Both the position numbers and the translations under genes were made by a program. Shown piece after piece: positions 36,905 to 45,878 of a stretch of DNA of 64,000 nucleotides; position 1 is the first letter of the stretch; the number at the start of each line of letters is the position of its first letter. Location: positions 1-64,000 of the forward strand of contig JBIJDH010000011.1 of assembly GCA_044344255.1 (NCBI GenBank). The letters are read 5' to 3'. The notes below the pieces were generated by a model. The model worked only from the letters and a program-made list of their open reading frames with translations, was not told the DNA's origin and searched no databases. This DNA comes from Myxococcota bacterium (GTDB taxonomy: Bacteria; Myxococcota_A; UBA796; UBA2385).

Positions 36905-37645
36905 ATGCGCCTCCCCCGGTCGCTCCGCTTCCCCCTCCTGATCGCCCTGTTCCCGGTCCTCTTCGCTGGAAAGTGCAAGAAGAAGGACCCCGAGATCGTG
37001 GACACCACGCCCACCGACGTCAACACGCCGGAGGTGAAGCTCCAGGTCGTCAGCATCGAGCCCGCCGAGGTCGAGCCCGACAGCGCCTTCCGCGGCATCG
37101 TCTACGGCAGCGGCTTCCAGTCCGGGGCCCGCGTCTGGCTCGGGAGCACCGAGGTCGCCTCCGTCACCTTCCGCGACGAGAACACCCTCGCCCTCTCGGC
37201 GCCCCCGCTCAGCGAGGGCAGCTACGACGTCAAGGTGCTCAACGGCGATGGCGAGAAGGCGATGCTGCGCGGCGGCCTCTCCGTGCGCGGCCGCACCGAC
37301 GCCGCGGCGGGGCTCAACTGCGGCCTCATCCGCGTGCGCTTCGACTTCGACAAGTCCTCGATCACCACCGACTCTGACCGCGAGCTCACGCGCAACCTCC
37401 CCTGCTTCACCTCCCGCTCGGGGCAGGTGCGCATCGAGGGGCACTGCGACGAGCGCGGCACCACCGAGTACAACATCGCGCTGGGTCAGCGGCGCGGCGA
37501 CGCCGTCAACAAGTGGCTGGTCGGCCATGGCGTGCCGCCCAGCCGCCTCCGCACCGTCTCCTACGGGGAGGAGCGCCCGGTCGACCCCGGGCACTCCGAG
37601 GCCGCCTGGTCTCAGAACCGTCGCGCCGACGTCTCTGCCCAGTAG
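36905..37645 (+). CDS. pal: Pal/OmpA-family lipoprotein with N-terminal IPT/TIG domain
   Basis: FDFDKS, IEGHCDERGTTEYNIALGQRR, VSYGEERP, AWSQNRRA; IPT-like PAEV...YGSGFQSGARVWLG...GSYDVKVLNGDG; next to cpoB. Confidence 0.8.
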   Translation: MRLPRSLRFPLLIALFPVLFAGKCKKKDPEIVDTTPTDVNTPEVKLQVVSIEPAEVEPDSAFRGIVYGSGFQSGARVWLGSTEVASVTFRDENTLALSAPPLSEGSYDVKVLNGDGEKAMLRGGLSVRGRTDAAAGLNCGLIRVRFDFDKSSITTDSDRELTRNLPCFTSRSGQVRIEGHCDERGTTEYNIALGQRRGDAVNKWLVGHGVPPSRLRTVSYGEERPVDPGHSEAAWSQNRRADVSAQ

Positions 37646-37654
37646 GAGCCAGCC

Positions 37655-38608
37655 GTGACCCTCACCCCCACGCCCACCTCCAGGCCCACCTCCAGGCCCT
37701 CCGTCGCGCCCTCGCGCCTCGCCCTCGGGCTCGCCCTGGCCTTGCTGCCGGCCTGCGTGCTCGACCGCTCCGGCCAGTCCGCCTCTGAGCAGTATCGACG
37801 CGAGCTCGCCCTCCAGGGCAGCCGCGTCGGCAACCTCGAGGGCCAGTTCGACAAGGTCGACGCTCGCGTCGCCCAGCTCGAGGAGCTCTCCCGAGCCCGC
37901 GGCCAGGAGGAGATCCAGCGCATGGAGACCCTCGACGAGGTCCGCGGTGAGGTGGGTCGGATCCGCGGCGACCTCGAGGTGCTGCGCCACGAGTACCAGC
38001 AGACCTCCACCGACTCCTACAGCCGCGGCGAGGACTCCACCTTCCGCCTCACCTGGCTGGAGATGCGGGCCGAGGCGGTCGAGAAGTCGCTCGGCGTGAA
38101 GCCGCCGCCGCCGCCCACCCGCGAGGCCACGAGCGGCACCCCCGCCGCCACGGGCACCGCAGGCGCCGCCGGCACCGCCACCACCCCGGCGACCCCCGCC
38201 AAGGCCACCGACCCCGCCAGCGACACCGGGCAGAACGTCACCGATCCCGACGCGATGCTGAAGCTCGCCGAGGAGCACCTCGCCGAGGGCCGAGAGAAGG
38301 CCGCCATCGCGGTCCTCGACCGCTTCATCAAGCAGTTCCCCGACAACAAGCGCGTCCCCGAGGCGCACTACCGTCGCGCCGAGGCCGAGTTCAACGCCAA
38401 GAACTACCCGGCCGCCGTGCTGCGCTTCCAAGAGGTGATCGACAAGTACCGGTCGAGCCCCTGGTCCTCCTGGGCGATGCTGCGCCAAGGGGAGTGTTTT
38501 GAGGCGCAAGGCCAGAAGGACAACGCGCGACTGTTCTACGAGGACGTCGTGCGCCTGTGGCCGAAGAGCAAGGCCGCCAAAGAGGCCAAGACCCACCTCG
38601 GCAAGTAG
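37655..38608 (+). CDS. cpoB: Tol-Pal system protein CpoB/YbgF (coiled coil plus TPR)
   Basis: Lipobox-like LPAC, coiled coil, FIKQFPD...EAHY...VIDKY...AMLRQG TPR pattern, directly after pal. Confidence 0.8.
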   Translation: MTLTPTPTSRPTSRPSVAPSRLALGLALALLPACVLDRSGQSASEQYRRELALQGSRVGNLEGQFDKVDARVAQLEELSRARGQEEIQRMETLDEVRGEVGRIRGDLEVLRHEYQQTSTDSYSRGEDSTFRLTWLEMRAEAVEKSLGVKPPPPPTREATSGTPAATGTAGAAGTATTPATPAKATDPASDTGQNVTDPDAMLKLAEEHLAEGREKAAIAVLDRFIKQFPDNKRVPEAHYRRAEAEFNAKNYPAAVLRFQEVIDKYRSSPWSSWAMLRQGECFEAQGQKDNARLFYEDVVRLWPKSKAAKEAKTHLGK

Positions 38609-38619
38609 CCAGGAGCCCC

Positions 38620-39324
38620 ATGGCGACGCTCTATTTCAAGCAGCTCCTCGCGGGCCGTGACTTCGGGCGCAGCAACTTTGCCGCCGCTCAGATGCAGAAC
38701 TTCGTCTACCTGATCGGAGATCGCGACACCGGAGAGGCCGTCGTGGTCGATCCCGCCTGGGCCATCGACGAGCTCTGCGACACGGTCGAGGCCGACGGGA
38801 TGAAGCTCGTGGGCGCCCTCGGCACCCACTACCACCCCGACCACATCGGCGGCACGATGTTCGGCTTCACGGTGGAGGGCCTCCCCCGGCTGCTGGCCCG
38901 TTGCCCCGTGCCGGTGCACATCCACCGCCTCGAGGCGGAGGGGGTCCGAAAGGTGACCGGGCTCTCCGAGAGCGACCTCGTCAAGCACGACTCCGGCGAC
39001 AAGGTGCGCGTCGGCGACGTGGAGATCGAGCTCCTGCACACGCCTGGGCACACGCCAGGCTCGCTCTGCTTCCGCCTGAAGGACGCGATCGTGGCGGGAG
39101 ACACGCTCTTCCTCCAGGGCTGCGGCCGGGTCGACCTCCCCGGCGGCGACTCCGAGCAGATGTACGAGACCCTCACGAAGCGGCTCGCCACCCTCCCCGC
39201 AGACACCATCCTCTACCCCGGCCACGCCTACGGGGGTGAGCACGCCGACATGGGCACAGTCCGGCGCACCAACGCGTACCTCCGGGTGCCGAACCTCCAG
39301 GCTTGGCGCCGAATGATGGGCTGA
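38620..39324 (+). CDS. MBL-fold metallohydrolase (glyoxalase II-like)
   Basis: THYHPDHIGG, HTPGHTPG, GDTLF, YPGH; AGGAG SD before ATG 38620. Confidence 0.92.
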   Translation: MATLYFKQLLAGRDFGRSNFAAAQMQNFVYLIGDRDTGEAVVVDPAWAIDELCDTVEADGMKLVGALGTHYHPDHIGGTMFGFTVEGLPRLLARCPVPVHIHRLEAEGVRKVTGLSESDLVKHDSGDKVRVGDVEIELLHTPGHTPGSLCFRLKDAIVAGDTLFLQGCGRVDLPGGDSEQMYETLTKRLATLPADTILYPGHAYGGEHADMGTVRRTNAYLRVPNLQAWRRMMG

Positions 39325-39337
39325 TGAGCCCCCTCGC

Positions 39338-42031
39338 TCAGCGTCGGCCGTCCGGGAGCCGGTAGAGGGTGACCTCCGGGCCGCGGAGCACCGGCGGGCC
39401 CAGCACCTCGTCTACACGCTGGCTCACCTGGAGCGCGGTCTGAACGTCCGGGTTGCCGCCATCGCTGCCGACGAGGGCGCGGAGCAGGCGATTGTTCACC
39501 GCCACATACCGGAACCCGCGGGAGCGGAGCTCCACCAGCGCATCGACGCTGCGGATCTGAGAGCTGCTGCTCCGGAAGAACGAGAGGGCGGGGTCGATGT
39601 CGAGGAGCTCGCGAAACTCTGTGAACGCGTGGAGCTGCCGCACGACGCCCGGCCCGCCGATGAGGGAGTCTCGCCCTCGCAGCGGCTCGTAGATCGCGAG
39701 CTGCTCGCTCCACCCGATCGGGAGCTCCGCGATCGCGCCGGGCTCCCCGATCTGTTCGAGCCAGCGGGGCGGGGAGAAGGTGAAGGTGCGGAGCGGCAGG
39801 TCGCCCGACCAGAGCCCGAGGCTGGGGGCCAGGAGCAGCGCCACGACCGGCACCGCCCCCCGCAGGGGCCGCGGAGATCGGCGCTGCAGCGGGCGCAGAC
39901 AGAGGCCGAGCAGCACGCTGCCCGCCACCGCGGCGAGGATCATCAGCCGATCCGGCGCGCCGAGCCGACCACCCAGAGGCAGGATCGCCTGCAGCACCGC
40001 TAACGGCGCGTGGTATCGCTCTCCCCCGAGCTCGATCACCGGCCCAAAGGAGAGCGCGGCGGCCACCCCCCCGATGAAGACCCACAGGCGACGACGCCCC
40101 TCCGGGAGAGCCAACCACAGCCCGAAGGGGAGCAACGCCGCGAGGCAGGCGAAGATCCCCGCCCCCACAACGCCATTGCCGCCGATGAAGGCCCGCATCG
40201 AGGTCGCCCCCTGCAGCTCGACCTCCGCCAGGAAGCCGTCGATCATGCTGGCCTGGTTCGTGGACGAGAGCGTGAGCCAGCCGATGCCGGGGATGTCCCC
40301 ACGATTGGCGCTCGCGACGAGCGGCCCCGCGAAGAGCGTCATCGGCACCAGGACCCGCGCCAACGCACCCCCAAAGTCGCGCAGCGCAGGGCGCTCATCG
40401 GGGACCTTCCGCCACCGATCGAGGCAGACGAAGCCGAGGATGAAGAAGACGAAGGCCCCGTAAAACCACCAGCTGAGGGCTGCGAAGGTGATCGCGAACC
40501 CGGCGAGGACCCCACCCCGGCGCCCACCCCTCTCCATCGCCCGGAGGCAGAGCCCGATCGCCACCGCCAGCGGAAAGGCGACGAACTGGATCTGGCTGCC
40601 GTCGGAGATCTCCCGCAAGACCGGCGGGGCCGCCGTGAAGGCCAACCCGGCCAGGAGGGCGCCGGTCTGATCGGCCCCCACCACCCGCGCCAACCAGCGC
40701 GCGGAGAGCCCGTTCAACACCAAGACGCAGATGACAAAGACGTTCCAGTATCCGGGGTATCCGAGCAGGCCTTGAAGCGGCGCAGCGAAGAAGGACGGGA
40801 GCAGGTTGCCGAACAGCGCGACGAGGTTCGCCCCCGAGGGCCAGAAGATTCGCGTGGTCTCGAGCAGCCCCCCGTCGCCCTTCATCCAGCCAAGCACCGC
40901 ATCGTTGGCCCAGAGGGACCCCGGCAGCGCGCCGCGACCATCCCCGAGGAGCAAGGGATCGCTCCCCTCCATCCGCAGGCCGGGCAGGCAGATCGCCACC
41001 GAGACGAGGAGCAGCGCCAGGACGCTGAGGCCGAGGCCGACCCGGCCCGACCAGCGGAGGCCGGCCGGAGAGTCGAGCACGGGGTCGCCGAGGTTCGCCA
41101 GCCACCACGCGAGGCCCCCCGACGCCGAACCTTGCGCCCGCAGCGCCTGACCGTCCCAGAGGAGCCGATGGGAGAGCTGGGCGGAGAGGCGCTGGCAAGC
41201 GGGCTCGCCGGAGATGAGCCGCTCCGCCGGCAGCGGCTCGACGACCACGACCTGCGCCCCGCAGCGCTCGAGGGGGCGACGACAGACCTCCAAGAAGCGG
41301 GCGATGCGCGCCTCGGGACGCTCCCCGACCGCCCAGCGTCCGAGCGCGTCCGCGCCCTCGATCACGATCAGGGGGGCGGCTCGGTCCACGGGGGCGGAGG
41401 GGAGGCGCTCCAGCCGGCGGGTGAGCTCAGCCTCCGTCCACGGCGCGGCCGGCTGGGCGTGGAGGGTCGGACGGCCCGCCCGCGCAGCGAATTGCAGGAG
41501 ATCCACCGTCGGCCATCGCTCTGCACCGCAGACCAGGGCAAAACCCTCCCGGGGCAGCGCGTGCGGCCAGCCCACCCGGTCGCTGCGCTCGCCGGCCCCG
41601 CCCTCCTGCCGGTCGGCCCCCTCCACCGCTTCGCCGAACCGGGGCACCGGGGCGGCGAGCCACGGGGCCGGGAGGGTCCAAGAGCCGACCAAGGCGGAGG
41701 CGAGGCGGAGCCCGCGGAGGCCGAGCACCACGACCACCGCGAGGAGCGAGAGCGCAGACACGGCGGGGTCGAGCAGGACCTCGGCGGGGCCGACGTAGTC
41801 GTAGAGATCGCCCCAGAGGAGATCGAAGACCAGCCCGCCGCCGACCACGAGCCCGATGGGGATCAGCCCGAGCCCGACCCGCACCACCCGCGACCTTCGG
41901 CTCCACCACCCACCCGCAGGCCGCGCCGCGGTCGCGGGGACCTCGGACGCCCCAGAGGCAGAGGCCCGCTCCGGGCCCGGAGGCCGGGGAGCCGAACGCT
42001 GGGGAGCGGGGCGATGAGGAGAGGAGGACAC
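39338..42031 (-). CDS. Large multi-pass membrane protein, probable GT-C-type glycosyltransferase with an extra N-terminal alpha/beta domain
   Basis: Many TM helices; IFWPSGANL...NLLPSFFAAPL...WNVFV...LNGLSARWLAR and LSFGP...PDRL, ELP, GFRYVAV patterns resemble YfhO/PMT-like proteins. Confidence 0.55.
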   Translation of the reverse strand: MSSSPHRPAPQRSAPRPPGPERASASGASEVPATAARPAGGWWSRRSRVVRVGLGLIPIGLVVGGGLVFDLLWGDLYDYVGPAEVLLDPAVSALSLLAVVVVLGLRGLRLASALVGSWTLPAPWLAAPVPRFGEAVEGADRQEGGAGERSDRVGWPHALPREGFALVCGAERWPTVDLLQFAARAGRPTLHAQPAAPWTEAELTRRLERLPSAPVDRAAPLIVIEGADALGRWAVGERPEARIARFLEVCRRPLERCGAQVVVVEPLPAERLISGEPACQRLSAQLSHRLLWDGQALRAQGSASGGLAWWLANLGDPVLDSPAGLRWSGRVGLGLSVLALLLVSVAICLPGLRMEGSDPLLLGDGRGALPGSLWANDAVLGWMKGDGGLLETTRIFWPSGANLVALFGNLLPSFFAAPLQGLLGYPGYWNVFVICVLVLNGLSARWLARVVGADQTGALLAGLAFTAAPPVLREISDGSQIQFVAFPLAVAIGLCLRAMERGGRRGGVLAGFAITFAALSWWFYGAFVFFILGFVCLDRWRKVPDERPALRDFGGALARVLVPMTLFAGPLVASANRGDIPGIGWLTLSSTNQASMIDGFLAEVELQGATSMRAFIGGNGVVGAGIFACLAALLPFGLWLALPEGRRRLWVFIGGVAAALSFGPVIELGGERYHAPLAVLQAILPLGGRLGAPDRLMILAAVAGSVLLGLCLRPLQRRSPRPLRGAVPVVALLLAPSLGLWSGDLPLRTFTFSPPRWLEQIGEPGAIAELPIGWSEQLAIYEPLRGRDSLIGGPGVVRQLHAFTEFRELLDIDPALSFFRSSSSQIRSVDALVELRSRGFRYVAVNNRLLRALVGSDGGNPDVQTALQVSQRVDEVLGPPVLRGPEVTLYRLPDGRR

Positions 42032-42325
42032 CGGAGAGGCACCCGCGGCGAGGTAGAAGGAGGGACCGCTCGCACCGCCCGCGGCCGATGGCCCAAAGGA
42101 TGGAGGGCCGCGGGCGAGGCCGCCCGCCGAGACCGGGTCGAGGCGGACCCGAGGTTAACGCCGCGGCTCCTCACCGGACAGCCCACGTCGGCTGTGCGGG
42201 CGAGCCGTCAACCGGATAACGTGGGCCGCCTGCCTGCCCTCCCGCGACCCTCGGACCATGGGGTCGGCCCGGCCGCAGCACCACCCCCAGGGTGCCGTGG
42301 GCCGTGATCCCCTCACCGGAGCTAC

Positions 42326-43801
42326 ATGATGCAGCCCGTGCGCATCCTCAGCCTGAGCCTCAGCCTCCTCTTCGCCGCCTGCGGCGATGACCCCGCCCCG
42401 ACCAAGGCGCCCGCCCTGTCGAAGGAGGCGGCCCCGTCGCTGACGAGCGCCTCTGCTTCGGCCACCGCTGCGGCCACCTCGTCCGCCTCGGCGCGCTCCT
42501 CCAAGGCGGTGGACCCCTGGACCGTTCTCACGTCGGTCGTGCAGACGCTTCAGGACAAGGAGATCACGGCGGCGGTGACAGAGACCCTCGAGGATCGCGG
42601 GTCGGCCCGCAAGGTGGAAGATCAACGGATCCGCAGGGCGATGCTCGACGTGGAGGGCCAGCTCGCCACGGGCTGCAGCGGCGCGGCCCTCGACGCCGCC
42701 TTTGCCACCCTCCAGGTCCGCGAGTCGGAGTCCCTCACCGCCGATCGCGCCGCCCTCCGCACCGTGCTCGAGAAGTCCACGGCGGAGGGCCGAAAGGCCA
42801 TCTGGGACGTCGCCTCGCCGGAGCAGGTCTTCGCCGCCTCGCGCAAGAAGATGGTCGACAACTCCAGCGCCAACCTGCCCTCTTGGGTAGCCTCCGAGTC
42901 GAACGAGGCCAAGGAGGCGACCGCCCGCCGCACCCTGCTCGGCCTCAAGTTCACGATCGAGGCGATGAGCCTCGACGCCGCCACCCGCGTGACCGAGCTC
43001 GAGGTCCTCGTCGCTGACCTTGACCCCGAAGACGACGCCACGCCCGCGGCGGTCGAGACGGCGCTCGCGCAGGTCGACCAGGCGCTGCTCGACGGCCAGA
43101 AGGTCAAGTTCCAGAAGCTGGTCCCCGCCTGCAGCAGCATCGACGAGAGCTTCTGGCTCTCGATGTTGGACCGCGGCAACGTCAGCGCCTTCATCGGCGT
43201 CATCGGCGGCACCTCGGGCATCGCCTCCCCCGAGTCGAAGACCAAGGCCTCCACCTCGGCGATGTCAGGCGGCCAATCGGGCACCTCGGGCGGCCAGGGC
43301 ATGCAGGGCGGCGGCCAGCAGGGCACCGGCCAGGGCATGCAGGGCGGCGGCCAGCAGGGCACCGGCCAAGGCATGCAGTCCGGTGGGCAGCAGGGCACCG
43401 GCCAGGGCATGCAGTCCGGCGGACAACAAGGTGGCGGACAGCAGGGTGGCGGCCAGCAGGGTGGCGGCCAGCAGAGCGGCGGCCAGCAGAGCGGCGGCGG
43501 CCAAGGCACGCAGAACGGCGGGCAGAAGACCGGCGGGCAAGGCATGCAAGGCGGCACGCAGGGCAGCCAGGGCGGTGGCCAGCAGAGCGGCGGCCAGGGC
43601 ATGCAGTCCGGCGGACAGCAGGGCGGCGGACAGCAAGGGAGCGGCCAGAAGACCGGCAGCCAAGGCATGCAGGGTGGTGGGCAGCAAGGCGGCGGGCAGA
43701 AGACCGGCAGCCAAGGCCAGCAGGGCGGCGGACAGCAGTCCGGCGGCCAGCAGGGCGGCGGCCAGCAGGGCGGCGGACAGCAGGGCGGCGGCCAGCGGTA
43801 G
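42326..43801 (+). CDS. Lipoprotein with helical core and long Gly/Gln low-complexity tail
   Basis: Lipobox FAAC; about 180 C-terminal residues of GGQQG/GQGMQ repeats. Confidence 0.75.
   Translation: MMQPVRILSLSLSLLFAACGDDPAPTKAPALSKEAAPSLTSASASATAAATSSASARSSKAVDPWTVLTSVVQTLQDKEITAAVTETLEDRGSARKVEDQRIRRAMLDVEGQLATGCSGAALDAAFATLQVRESESLTADRAALRTVLEKSTAEGRKAIWDVASPEQVFAASRKKMVDNSSANLPSWVASESNEAKEATARRTLLGLKFTIEAMSLDAATRVTELEVLVADLDPEDDATPAAVETALAQVDQALLDGQKVKFQKLVPACSSIDESFWLSMLDRGNVSAFIGVIGGTSGIASPESKTKASTSAMSGGQSGTSGGQGMQGGGQQGTGQGMQGGGQQGTGQGMQSGGQQGTGQGMQSGGQQGGGQQGGGQQGGGQQSGGQQSGGGQGTQNGGQKTGGQGMQGGTQGSQGGGQQSGGQGMQSGGQQGGGQQGSGQKTGSQGMQGGGQQGGGQKTGSQGQQGGGQQSGGQQGGGQQGGGQQGGGQR
43262..43798 (+). 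repeat. Coding low-complexity repeat array (GGQQG, GQGMQ, GQKTG units)
   Basis: Read directly; includes near-identical 39-bp units at about 43291-43440. Confidence 0.9.
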
Positions 43802-44017
43802 ACCGAAGTGATCGCGCCCGATCGCCCAACTGTGGCCGCGGTCAAGAATTCCATCAAAGGGGCTGGCCACCTCGCAGTTGTGTAGATTAAGATGAGCCAG
43901 TAGGGGTGAGTCCCCCATACCCCCCCAGGTTGTCGGTCCAGCGGTCACGAAGCTCGCAGGGACTATCCCTCCGAGATCCAGCTGCTCTCACGCCCCATAC
44001 TTCGCCAGGATGTCCCC

Positions 44018-45853
44018 ATGCGCACCACTCCTCTCAAGCTCCTGATCGCATTCTGCGCCGGTGCCCTCGCCGTGGCGTGTACCGGGGGCCTCCCGACCGA
44101 CAAGGGCGCTGGCGTCGGTGACACGGGCGCCAGCACCGACTGCACCGATGCGGACGGCGACGGCTACTGCGCGGGAGAGGACGACTGCGACGACTCCGAC
44201 GCCGCCATCAACCCGGGCGCCGCCGAGGTCTGCGACGGCGTAGACAACGACTGCGACGGTGAGTTCGACGAGGATGTGACGAACACCTACTACGCCGATG
44301 GAGACAACGACGGCTTCGGCGATTCGGCCGTCACGACGATGGCCTGTGAGCCGTCGGACGGCTGGGTCCCCGTTGACGGCGACTGTGCAGACGACGACTC
44401 CACCATCTTCCCAGACGCCGAAGAGCTCTGCGACGGCCTCGACAACGACTGTAACGACATCATCGACGACGGCCTCGGCTCCTCCACCTGGTACGCTGAC
44501 ACCGACGGTGACGGCTACGGTGACCCCGACGCCCCCGCCACCGCCTGCGAGCAGCCCGAAGGCTACGTCGGCAACACGCTCGACTGCAACGACGGCGACG
44601 TCGGTGAGCCCGTGCACGTGTCCAACACCGGCCCCATCCCCGGCGACGGCATCGAAGGCTGGGACACCAGCGACACCTGGGGCCCCTGGGACACCACCGA
44701 CACCGCCTCGGGCCCCGCCGGCAGCCGCGGCAACCCCTACACCACGGTGCAGGAAGGCATCAACAACTCCGAAGACTGCGTCTACGTCTACACGGGCTCC
44801 TACCCGGAGAACGTGGACTTCAACGGCAAGGACATCCTGGTGCTCGGCCTCAACGGCGCCGATGACACCTCGATCGTCGGCACCGGCACTGGCCCCACCG
44901 TCACCTTCGACGGCGGCGAGTCCAGCGGCGCCCAGCTCACCGGCTTCACCATCACCGGCGGTGGCGGCTCGGTCACCGAGACCACCTCCACCGAGGCCTG
45001 CGGCTCCGGGAACACCTGCACCGCGACCGCGACCACCTACAGCGGCGGCTGCGTCTACGTCGAGGGCTCTGCCCCCACCCTGAGCTGGCTGGTGATCTCT
45101 GCCTGTCGGCTCCCCGAGTACTCGATGAGCTCCGACGACGCGGGCAACACCACCTTGGTCTACTCCATGGGTGGTGGCGCGTACGTCCAGAACGGCGAGC
45201 CCTCCTTCACCGAGGTGGTCTTCCGGAAGAACGCAGCGGACGCGGGTGGTGGGCTCTACGTCGGATCGGGCAGCAATGTCACCGTGCTTCAGTCCCTCTT
45301 TGACGCCAACGTCGCCTCTTCGGGCGCTGGCGCCACGACCTCGGACTCCAGCACCACCTTCACCAACGTGATCTTCGCCAACAACGTCGCCTCCGGCACC
45401 GGCTCCAACACGGGTGGTGCGGCGGTGGATGTCTCGGGCGGTGTCTTCACCTCGAACTTTGTGACGGGTGTGGGCAACCAGGGGACGAGCTCGATCTACC
45501 TCTCCGACAGCGCGTCGGCGGCGGTGGTGAGCACCATCCTGATGGCGAACTCCGTCGGTTACCTGGTGGATGGTGACGCCACGGGCACGGTGAGCTTCTC
45601 CTACGGCGACATCTTTAACGCCGCGGGTCTCGGCAACGTGGGATCCGGCGTCACCGACCCCGATGGTTCGCTGGGCAACATCAGCTCCGACGCGATGTTC
45701 GTCGCCTTCACGGATGATAGCGACTACAGTGACGACAACCTGCACCTGACGGCCGGCAGCCCCGGTACCGACGCGGGCAGCCCCTCGGACACCGATGCCG
45801 ACGGCACCCCGGCGGACATGGGCGCTTACGGCGGTCCCAACGGCGGCTGGTAG
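44018..45853 (+). CDS. Surface lipoprotein with MopE-like (DxDGDG/DCDD...EVCDGVDNDCDG) repeats and parallel beta-helix domain
   Basis: Lipobox AVAC; three Asp/Cys repeats; YPENVDFNGK, LTGFTITGG, GGGLY beta-helix motifs; C-terminal LHLTAGSPGTDAG...DMGAYGGP. Confidence 0.85.
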   Translation: MRTTPLKLLIAFCAGALAVACTGGLPTDKGAGVGDTGASTDCTDADGDGYCAGEDDCDDSDAAINPGAAEVCDGVDNDCDGEFDEDVTNTYYADGDNDGFGDSAVTTMACEPSDGWVPVDGDCADDDSTIFPDAEELCDGLDNDCNDIIDDGLGSSTWYADTDGDGYGDPDAPATACEQPEGYVGNTLDCNDGDVGEPVHVSNTGPIPGDGIEGWDTSDTWGPWDTTDTASGPAGSRGNPYTTVQEGINNSEDCVYVYTGSYPENVDFNGKDILVLGLNGADDTSIVGTGTGPTVTFDGGESSGAQLTGFTITGGGGSVTETTSTEACGSGNTCTATATTYSGGCVYVEGSAPTLSWLVISACRLPEYSMSSDDAGNTTLVYSMGGGAYVQNGEPSFTEVVFRKNAADAGGGLYVGSGSNVTVLQSLFDANVASSGAGATTSDSSTTFTNVIFANNVASGTGSNTGGAAVDVSGGVFTSNFVTGVGNQGTSSIYLSDSASAAVVSTILMANSVGYLVDGDATGTVSFSYGDIFNAAGLGNVGSGVTDPDGSLGNISSDAMFVAFTDDSDYSDDNLHLTAGSPGTDAGSPSDTDADGTPADMGAYGGPNGGW

Positions 45854-45878
45854 TCCTCCGGTCTGCTGAGCCTCCCCG

